Of a stretch of DNA of 64,000 nt, positions 31,856 to 39,274 are shown in pieces. Under the pieces are notes generated by a model. The model had not been told where the DNA came from. It made no database searches and saw only the letters and a list, made by a program, of their open reading frames with translations. The stretch covers positions 416,001 through 480,000 of the forward strand of contig CAWAMW010000017.1 in assembly GCA_963783305.1 (NCBI GenBank). Direction: 5' to 3'. This DNA comes from an uncultured Gemmatimonadales bacterium. GTDB taxonomy: Bacteria > Gemmatimonadota > Gemmatimonadetes > Longimicrobiales > RSA9. Positions within the stretch are counted from its first letter, which is position 1, and every line of letters starts with the position of its first letter. The translations under genes were made by a program, and so were the position numbers.

Positions 31856-32971
31856 TCAGTGGACGGCTCGGCACGCGGCATCGAGCAGGCTGGGCAGGCC
31901 GCCGTCGAGCACCGGGCTGCGGGGGTACCGCGGCAGAGCCTGCATGGGGTTGATCTCGCCCATGGTGAGGTCGGGCACGGCACCGATGTCCCACACGACG
32001 CCGATCTGGAGGTAGTCGATGCGGTCCATGAAGCCGAGGTTGTAGTAGTCCATGCCGGAGTACCACCGGCCGAAGAGACCCCAGCCCTGGAGTCCATCCG
32101 GCATCCAGTCCACGGTGGCGGTGTGTGCCCAGCTGGGGACATCGGGGGCGGGGGAATCGAGCCACCGCGCCTCTCCGCCGATCGTCAGCTGCCCGCGCAG
32201 TGGCGCGCCCCATTCGGCGGCGACCGTGGCCTGGATCCGCGGGTAGAACTCGGCCTGCTCGTCCGATAGGGAGCCGGGGCCCCAGCTGCCCGGGTGGTAC
32301 TCTACGGACGCCTGGTACGTGCAGCGCTCGCTGCCGACCATGCGGGTATCCCGGTCCTCCAGCCGGTACCAGGAGTAGCCGAGAGCGAGCCGCGCGAAGT
32401 TGGTGGAGAAGCTGCCGTTCACACGGTTGGGCTCCGGCACGCCGGCCCGCTCCTCCGGGTCGCTGCACTCGCCGCTCACCGGGTCCTGGCTCTGGTCTGC
32501 GAATAGACAGCCGTTCTGGCCATTGGAATGATGCGCCCATGGCGTGATCGTCATCCCCCACACCCGGAGTGGAGCGGCGAACTCCTCGCGGAGCGCCGTT
32601 GCGGTGTCCGCCAGGCTCGTGCGCAGGAACTGGAAGTCGAGCGGTCGCGGCATGTACGACGGCGTCCGGACCGGGAACGACTCAGTGGAGAACATCCGCA
32701 GCCGGATCAGCGGCGTCATGACCCAGGCGAAGCTGGTGATCGGCTTCGAAAAGACCTCCCCCGCGCCCCACGGGTCCTGGCGCACGATGAACAGGTGCGG
32801 CGCGATCTGGCCCTCGAACGCGAGATCGTCCGTGGGAACACGGTTGAAGATGCGGGATCGCTCCATGAAGAAGGCGTCCGGCCGGCCGGTCCGTTCCTGT
32901 GCGGCTGAGGGGTCGGCCGCCGCGAGGGTCAGCCCGACAGCGGAGAGAAGAGCCAGTCTCACGGGGCGCAT
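31856..32971 (-). CDS. Secreted/outer-membrane protein, divergent phospholipase A (OMPLA/PldA-like)
   Basis: Signal peptide; HHSNGQ resembles the PldA H-x-S-N-G motif; SFPVRTPSYMP and YSGMDYYN resemble conserved PldA segments. Confidence 0.6.
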   Translation of the reverse strand: MRPVRLALLSAVGLTLAAADPSAAQERTGRPDAFFMERSRIFNRVPTDDLAFEGQIAPHLFIVRQDPWGAGEVFSKPITSFAWVMTPLIRLRMFSTESFPVRTPSYMPRPLDFQFLRTSLADTATALREEFAAPLRVWGMTITPWAHHSNGQNGCLFADQSQDPVSGECSDPEERAGVPEPNRVNGSFSTNFARLALGYSWYRLEDRDTRMVGSERCTYQASVEYHPGSWGPGSLSDEQAEFYPRIQATVAAEWGAPLRGQLTIGGEARWLDSPAPDVPSWAHTATVDWMPDGLQGWGLFGRWYSGMDYYNLGFMDRIDYLQIGVVWDIGAVPDLTMGEINPMQALPRYPRSPVLDGGLPSLLDAACRAVH

Positions 32972-32973
32972 GG

Positions 32974-33315
32974 TCAGTCCTCCTCCCCGTCGCCGAGCCC
33001 GATCCCGGGCCCGAATCCGAGGGTATCGTCGCCGGCGAGCAGGGCCGCGCCCCGGGGGTGCCACTTGCCCCACACGACGGCGCCCGCCGGCTGAAGGGAG
33101 AGGACGAAGAAGAGGCGGTCCGGGTAGTGACTGGCCAGCACCTGTAACTGGCGCGCCAGGCTCCTGAAGCTGGCCGTGGTCACGGGATCGATGATGGCCG
33201 TCCAGGTGGTGAGCCGCTGGGTTCGGTCCGGCGGCAGCAGCGCGGCCAGATCGAAGACGATCTGCTGGAACTCGGGGTCGTGGGCGTCCACGTCCCAGGA
33301 GAGGAGTGCGCGCAT
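32974..33315 (-). CDS. Small hypothetical protein (113 aa)
   Basis: AAGGAG RBS; 2-bp gap to the next gene in the operon. Confidence 0.65.
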   Translation of the reverse strand: MRALLSWDVDAHDPEFQQIVFDLAALLPPDRTQRLTTWTAIIDPVTTASFRSLARQLQVLASHYPDRLFFVLSLQPAGAVVWGKWHPRGAALLAGDDTLGFGPGIGLGDGEED

Positions 33316-33457
33316 CGAGAGGCTCCTTGGATCTGAAGGGGACCAGGCTCATTGTCAGCTGAACCGCCATGAGACCGCCGCGGCGAAAGACCGGGAGGTC
33401 GAGGCGGAGAAGGCGCGGCACCGAGACCCGCAGCGGTACGCCGGTCCGCCGCCATTC

Positions 33458-34822
33458 CTACGCCGTCGGGAACCAGAAGACCTTGTTCTCCCCCACCATC
33501 GGCATCGGCTCGCGGTTCAGGCACACCTCCACGAACGTAGTGGTGAACGGATAGAACAGGCGGAACTCCTCGCCTTTCAGCCCGGCCGTAAGGTCCACCT
33601 CGGCGTCCCAGACGCCATCGCCGTTCATGGCGGTGCCATCGGGCGTGATGCGCTCGCTGCCGTGGCCGTGGTAGGCCACGAGCTGTGTGCCGGACGTGGC
33701 GATGATGCGGAGCTTGAGGCGGGTGAGGGTGTGGGGCTCGAGCTCGTTGAGGTTCACATGGAAGCAGCGGAGGCTCCCATCCCGCTTGTAGGGGTGGACG
33801 CTCATCCCGAACTCGCGGACGCGGGGGTCGTCGGCCTTCTGGCTGAAGAGCTGGGCGTTCCAGTCGGTAACGGGGTCGCCGCGCTCATCCACGACCCGGA
33901 TCACGAACTGCTGCCACTCGTCCACCTTCTTCCGAGCGGCCTCGGTCCGCGCGAGCGCGTCCTCGTTCCACGCGGTGAACTGCCGGGCCGTCTCCACCTC
34001 CAGCGCGCTCCGGACGAGCTCCTGGAGCAGCTTCGACGGCTTGGCCATGATGCTGCCGTGGTCGAGCCCGTTGATAAGGATCAGTGGGTGGTCCTGGTTG
34101 GCCCAGTCGGAGGGGGTGATCTTCGGCTTCCGCCGGGAGCCCGGCGGGACCCGCAGGTCCACGGTGATCTTGCGGCTGTTGAGAGGCGCACCAGCCCAGC
34201 GGACGGTGCCGTCGGAGCCCTTCTCGTCCGTCACGAGGTTCTTCCAGAAGCCGTAGTTCTTGTTGCCGCAGAACGTGAAGACGAACGGGGTCTCCGGGCC
34301 GGGCTTGAAGCGGGCGTTATGGTCGATGAGGTCGTCGTGGGCGAGGTCCCAGGTGAAGCGGCTGGCGAGCTCGAGGTTGAAGAGTATCTCGTCGCCCGCC
34401 TCTCCGAAGTCGGGGCCGCGCTCCCGGTTGCCCTTGAACACGGAGCCGATCCAGCTGCGGCCCTTGTGCGCCAGCGGCGAGCCGTTGGTGGCGGGGGCCA
34501 GCGCGATGAGCCGCTTGAGCCGCTTCCGCCGGCTCCGGCCCTCGGAATACGAGTTAAGCCACGCCCGCAACACCAGCATCCCCGTGGAATGGACGATGGC
34601 GTCGAACTCGTCGCGGGTGTCCAGCCCCGCCTGCCGACGGAGCGCCCGGTCGAAACCCTCCGCCACGTCCTTGAGCGAGACCTCGTTGGTCAGGCTGACG
34701 TACTGCCCGATATGGACGCTCTCCGTGGGCCGGTCCCAGCCGGCGATGATCTCGCTCCAGCGCTCGAACCCCACCGCGCTGTCGGAATAGCCATGGACCA
34801 GGACGAGAGGGCGCATTGTCAT
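33458..34822 (-). CDS. Alpha/beta-hydrolase (lipase/esterase, PGAP1-like)
   Basis: LVHGYSD oxyanion motif, IVHSTG nucleophile, ALAPATNGSPLA, SDGTV, DHGSI. Confidence 0.85.
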   Translation of the reverse strand: MTMRPLVLVHGYSDSAVGFERWSEIIAGWDRPTESVHIGQYVSLTNEVSLKDVAEGFDRALRRQAGLDTRDEFDAIVHSTGMLVLRAWLNSYSEGRSRRKRLKRLIALAPATNGSPLAHKGRSWIGSVFKGNRERGPDFGEAGDEILFNLELASRFTWDLAHDDLIDHNARFKPGPETPFVFTFCGNKNYGFWKNLVTDEKGSDGTVRWAGAPLNSRKITVDLRVPPGSRRKPKITPSDWANQDHPLILINGLDHGSIMAKPSKLLQELVRSALEVETARQFTAWNEDALARTEAARKKVDEWQQFVIRVVDERGDPVTDWNAQLFSQKADDPRVREFGMSVHPYKRDGSLRCFHVNLNELEPHTLTRLKLRIIATSGTQLVAYHGHGSERITPDGTAMNGDGVWDAEVDLTAGLKGEEFRLFYPFTTTFVEVCLNREPMPMVGENKVFWFPTA

Positions 34823-34901
34823 GGGCTGCCGCCGGGGGGGAGGGGAGGGTGTTCCGCTGGGAACTAGATGTCCGGCCCCACGGGGAAGCGCAAGGCTTTT
34901 G

Positions 34902-35311
34902 CTACTCCGGCAGCGGCAACGTTGATCGCAGCGACGCGTCCACCGCACGCCCCAGCCGCACCACGATCTCCGGCACCGCGTCCACGTCCGCGGCGTCCGT
35001 GTGGAAGTTCACAATGCACGCGCGCAGCAGGTACACGTCGCGGACCACGGCGTTGGAGACGAGGTGATATACCCGAAGAAGCGGGGGTGGCCGTTGAACA
35101 GCGAGTGCTCGAACAGCAGCTCCGTCGCGTTCGACACCAGCGCTTCGGCATCCGATCCGGCGCCCGGCAGCGTGCGCTCCGCGTCCAGCCGGCTCCGCAC
35201 GGCACCCGGCCGCTCCCCCGGCGTCACCGGTCCATCCGGGATCCCGGCCAGACGCTTGGCGATGGCAGCCACCAGCGCGGTTCCGACCCGGCGGAACTCC
35301 TCGGCCTGCAT
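34902..35311 (-). pseudogene. Group II PLP-dependent (aromatic amino-acid) decarboxylase with a large internal deletion and frameshift
   Basis: N-terminus MQAEEFRRVG..HPRFFGYITSSP is joined out of frame to C-terminus VSNAVVRDVYLLRACIVNFHT..PE*; the PLP-binding core is missing. Confidence 0.85.
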
Positions 35312-35421
35312 GGTCAGCCGTGCATCTCTCGTGGGGCTCTCGGCGGACTGGAGATCCCGGCTCGCGGCCTCTTCGTGCAGGGGGAATGGCGCTTCAACCC
35401 CGACGGTTAGACCTTCCGGTC

Positions 35422-36414
35422 ATGAACCTGTCCATACTCGACGTCCTGCCCGTCCGCTCCGGCTCCACGGCCGCCGACGCCCTCACCCGCGCCGCCGACC
35501 TCGCCCGCCTCGCCGACCGCCGCGGCTACACCCGCCTCTGGTTCGCCGAGCACCATGGCATGGGGGGCATCGCCTCCTCCTCACCCGACCTGATGATCGC
35601 CCACGTCGCGCCGCTCACTGAGCGCGTCCGCGTGGGCGCCGGCGGCGTCATGCTCCCCAACCACGTGCCGCTCCAGGTGGTGGAGCGCTACCGCACCCTC
35701 GAGGCGCTGCACCCCGGCCGCATCGACCTGGGGATCGGACGCGCCGCGGGCACCGACCCCCTCACCGCGCAGGCGCTCCGCTCCGTCTCCGGCGACCAGG
35801 TGGGTGGACTCATCGCCGAGCTCCTCGCCTTCGCGCGCAGCGAGTTCCCGCCCGACCATCCCTTCGGCCGCATCGGCATCACACCCGGCGGCGTGGAGCT
35901 GCCGCCGGTCTGGATGCTCGGCTCCAGCGGCGGCAGCGCCCGACTCGCCGGACAGATCGGTGCGGGGTACGCCTTCGCGGGTCACTTCAGCGAAACGCCC
36001 GCCGCCCCCGCCATCCAGGCGTACCGCGACGCGTTCGCGCCATCCCCCGCCTTCGCCGAGCCCCGCGCGATCCTCGCCCTGTCCGTCATCTGCGCCCCCA
36101 CCAACGCCGAGGCCCGTGAGCTTTCGTCCTCGGTCGAGGTGATGTTCCAGCGGATCCGCCGCGGAGAGACCGGCCCCCTGCCCAGCCCCGCCGAGGCCCG
36201 CGCCGACGGCTGGTCCGCCGATGCGCCGCCACGTGGCCCCATGGCCAACCTCCTCATCGCCGGCACCCCCGACCACGTTCGCGATCGGATCCGCGCCACC
36301 GCCGAGGCCGCTGGCGCCGACGAGGTCATGCTCATGACCATCGTGCATGACCCGGCGGCACGACTCCGGTCCTACGACCTCATCGCCGACGCCTTCGATC
36401 TCCCCACCGCCTGA
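35422..36414 (+). CDS. LLM-class (luciferase-like) flavin-dependent oxidoreductase
   Basis: LSILD, WFAEHH, GAGGVMLPNH, GRIDLGIGRA, WMLGSS. Confidence 0.93.
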   Translation: MNLSILDVLPVRSGSTAADALTRAADLARLADRRGYTRLWFAEHHGMGGIASSSPDLMIAHVAPLTERVRVGAGGVMLPNHVPLQVVERYRTLEALHPGRIDLGIGRAAGTDPLTAQALRSVSGDQVGGLIAELLAFARSEFPPDHPFGRIGITPGGVELPPVWMLGSSGGSARLAGQIGAGYAFAGHFSETPAAPAIQAYRDAFAPSPAFAEPRAILALSVICAPTNAEARELSSSVEVMFQRIRRGETGPLPSPAEARADGWSADAPPRGPMANLLIAGTPDHVRDRIRATAEAAGADEVMLMTIVHDPAARLRSYDLIADAFDLPTA

Positions 36415-36506
36415 CTCACCCGCACGACCCTGCCCCCGCCCGCCGCGCCTTGACTCCGTCCCGTGACCGTGGCCATCCTCCCATGCTCACGGAACACCCA
36501 CGAGAC

Positions 36507-37811
36507 ATGAAGAACATGACGATGCTACGGCGCGCGATTCCCACGACACTCCTCGTGCTGCTCGCCGCGTGCGGCCCGCTCGCCACGACCGCCGTACCAC
36601 CGGCCTCCTCCGGCCCCGCGGCCCCCGCCGAGCGGCCGCTGCCCGCCTTCCTCGCCGACAGCATTGCCGCCATCCGCGCCGATTACGCGCCCGATCGAAG
36701 GGTCGCCCGCTTCGACATCGACGCCGCATGGGAAGACGGCCGGCTCGCGCTCACCGGGGCCACGGACCAGCCCGCGGCCCTGGACCGACTCCGCCGCGCC
36801 ATGGCCGCCCACGCCGTCGCCTGGGATGACCAGGTCAGGCGCCTCCCGGATGAGGCCGCCGGCTCCCCCGTCTGGGCCCTCGTCAACAACTCCGTCGCCA
36901 ACCTCCGCTCCGAGCCGCGGCACCCCGCGGAGCTCGCCACGCAGGCTCCCCTCGGCACCCCGCTCCGTATCCTCGACCGGGACGGCGGCTGGCTGCTCGT
37001 CCAGGTCCCCGATGGCTACATCGCCTGGGTGGACGGCGGCGCCATCACGCGGGTGACCGCCGATCGGCTCGAAGAACACCGTGCGGCCGACAAGGTGATC
37101 TACCTGCGATCGTCCGGCGTGGCGCTCTCCGCGCCGTCGGCGAGCGCCGACCCGGTAGCGGACCTGGTCGCCGGCGGGCTGCTCGAGCGACTCGGCGAGG
37201 CCGACGGCTTCCACCACGTACGCTTCCCCGACGGCCGCGAAGCGTGGGTGCCCACCGCGGAAGCCGAGCCATTCACCGAATGGCTGGCGGGGCTCCAGGC
37301 CACCGAAAGCTCCCTCGTCGCCGCCGCCCTGACGCTCCTCGGTCGACCGTACCTCTGGGGCGGCACCTCCCCCAAGGGCATGGACTGCAGCGGCTTCACC
37401 AAGACCGCCTTTCTCCTCAACGGCATGATCCTGCCCCGCGACGCCTCTCAGCAGGTGTTCGCCGGCGCCCCCGTCGGCGGGCCGGGCGAGTTCGACGGGC
37501 TGCGCCCAGGCGACCTCCTCTTCTTCGGGCGACCCGCCACCGACACCTCACCCCAGCGCGTCGTTCACGTGGGGATGTGGATCGGCGGCGACCGCTTCAT
37601 CCACTCCAGTGGCAGCGTCCAGATCAGCAGCATCGATCCCGACGACCCGCTCTACGACGAATACAACACCGGCCGACACCTCGGGACCCGCCGCATGCTC
37701 GGCTACGAGTCGGGCATCCACCAGCTCACGGACGAGGCCCTCTACCCACACCACGGCCGGTTCGCGCCCGCCGCCACCGCCGGGCCCGCCGCCCGCGGCG
37801 GGCCGCGCTGA
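36507..37811 (+). CDS. SH3 + NlpC/P60 (C40) cell-wall peptidase, YkfC-like lipoprotein
   Basis: LAAC lipobox, ELATQAPLG SH3 segment, PYLWGGTS..DCSGF, LPRDASQQ, HVGMW..FIHS. Confidence 0.92.
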   Translation: MKNMTMLRRAIPTTLLVLLAACGPLATTAVPPASSGPAAPAERPLPAFLADSIAAIRADYAPDRRVARFDIDAAWEDGRLALTGATDQPAALDRLRRAMAAHAVAWDDQVRRLPDEAAGSPVWALVNNSVANLRSEPRHPAELATQAPLGTPLRILDRDGGWLLVQVPDGYIAWVDGGAITRVTADRLEEHRAADKVIYLRSSGVALSAPSASADPVADLVAGGLLERLGEADGFHHVRFPDGREAWVPTAEAEPFTEWLAGLQATESSLVAAALTLLGRPYLWGGTSPKGMDCSGFTKTAFLLNGMILPRDASQQVFAGAPVGGPGEFDGLRPGDLLFFGRPATDTSPQRVVHVGMWIGGDRFIHSSGSVQISSIDPDDPLYDEYNTGRHLGTRRMLGYESGIHQLTDEALYPHHGRFAPAATAGPAARGGPR

Positions 37812-37881
37812 CCGGACGACCTTCGCCCGAGTCTTGCACCAGCCCCACGGGCAGCGAAGCCCCCACAACCAGGGAGGACTC

Positions 37882-38817
37882 ATGAACGCTCGATTCTCGA
37901 CCGTCGCCCTCATTGCCGCCCTGCTCGCCGCGTGCGGCGGAACGGACACGACTCAGGACGATCCGCAGGTGGCCGCGGATCAAAGCCTGCAACCGACCCT
38001 CCAGGCCGAGGACGGCGCTTCCCCCGACCTCTTCGTGGACGAGATCCCTGCGGCCGCCCAACTCGTCTTCGTCGGGGACGACGAAGCCATACGGCCGGGC
38101 GATCGCCCCGACGCCGTCTTCGTGCCGATGTCCACCTTCAGCGTGGAACGGGACGGGATTCCAAACGAGTTCCCGCCCGTCGACAGCATGGCCGCGCTCC
38201 TGGAATCCGCTGGCGTCCGCGATGGTCGAATCGTCGTGATTGGAGAGCCGATCCCCGCCGGCCGCGCCTACGCGGGCCTCGACTACCTCGGCCTCGGGGA
38301 CAGCACCGCCCTGCTCGACGGTGGCCCCGGCGCGCTCCCGCCACTGAACAGCGGCGACGACGGCGCTCGCGCCGCGCCCGAGGGGGCGCCGAATGCTGAC
38401 GGAGCCGGCCTCTCGGTCGACCCACGCCACGACATGATCGTCGATGCCGAGTGGGTCCACGACCACCTCGACGATCCCGATGTCGCTATCCTGGACGCCC
38501 GGCCGCCGGAGCAGTTCACCGGACAGACACCCGGCGATGGCATCGACCGGCCAGGTCACATCCCCGGCGCCCACAACCTCTTCTGGCAGTCGCTCATACA
38601 GTCCCCGGACCAGCCGCGCCTCAAGGACGAGAGCGAGCTGCGCCGCCTGTTCCAGGAGGCGGGCGCCGAGCCGGGTGACCTCGTCGTCGCCTACTGCCGT
38701 ACCGGCGGGCAGGCCAGCTTCCTCTACACCGTAGCGCGCCACCTCGGCTACGAAGTCCGCCTCTACGACGGCTCGTTCATCGACTGGAGCCGGACGGATT
38801 ATCCCGTCGAGCGCTGA
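37882..38817 (+). CDS. Rhodanese-family sulfurtransferase, lipoprotein
   Basis: LAAC lipobox, LDARP, GHIPGA, YCRTGGQA active loop, LYDGSFIDW; GGAGG RBS. Confidence 0.88.
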   Translation: MNARFSTVALIAALLAACGGTDTTQDDPQVAADQSLQPTLQAEDGASPDLFVDEIPAAAQLVFVGDDEAIRPGDRPDAVFVPMSTFSVERDGIPNEFPPVDSMAALLESAGVRDGRIVVIGEPIPAGRAYAGLDYLGLGDSTALLDGGPGALPPLNSGDDGARAAPEGAPNADGAGLSVDPRHDMIVDAEWVHDHLDDPDVAILDARPPEQFTGQTPGDGIDRPGHIPGAHNLFWQSLIQSPDQPRLKDESELRRLFQEAGAEPGDLVVAYCRTGGQASFLYTVARHLGYEVRLYDGSFIDWSRTDYPVER

Positions 38818-38857
38818 TCGCGCGCAGGGGCGGGGGTGAGGCCACTCCCCCGCCCCA

Positions 38858-38908
38858 CCTCTTGACAGCTACAGGTACCGGCGCGAGGTTCCTGTCGACA
38901 GCTACAGT
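38858..38908 (+). promoter_or_regulatory. Two 18-bp PadR-type operator boxes overlapping a TTGACA -35
   Basis: CCTCTTGACAGCTACAGG (38858-38875) and CCTGTCGACAGCTACAGT (38891-38908) upstream of padR. Confidence 0.6.
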
Positions 38909-38935
38909 CGACCCCGCCCCCCGCCGGAGCCTTCC

Positions 38936-39274
38936 ATGCCCGCTCGTTCCCCGTCCGATGCCCTCAGGGGCTCGCTCGACCTGCTCGTCCTGAAGACACT
39001 CTCGCTCACGCCCATGCACGGGTGGGGGATCAGCCAGCGGGTGCAGCAGATCTCCGATGGTGTGCTCGAGGTCAACCAGGGCTCGCTCTACCCGGCGCTC
39101 CAGCGGCTGGAGAAGGAGGGTCTGATCACGAGTGACTGGGGGACCACGGAGAACAACCGTCGCGCGCGCTATTACGAGCTGACCGGGGCGGGGCGTCGTG
39201 CGCTGGGCGAGGAGGTGGCGAGCTGGCGGCGGTTCGCCGCGGGGCTCGAGGCAGTGCTGGAGACCGGGGGGTGA
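38936..39274 (+). CDS. PadR-family regulator (acidobacterial type)
   Basis: LRGSLDLLVLK, HGWGI, GSLYPALQRLE, ENNRRARYYELT. Confidence 0.94.
   Translation: MPARSPSDALRGSLDLLVLKTLSLTPMHGWGISQRVQQISDGVLEVNQGSLYPALQRLEKEGLITSDWGTTENNRRARYYELTGAGRRALGEEVASWRRFAAGLEAVLETGG

Noticed and set aside
38827..38856. GC hairpin after the rhodanese gene as an intrinsic terminator
   Set aside because: A stem is present but there is no U-tract on either strand; function cannot be supported.
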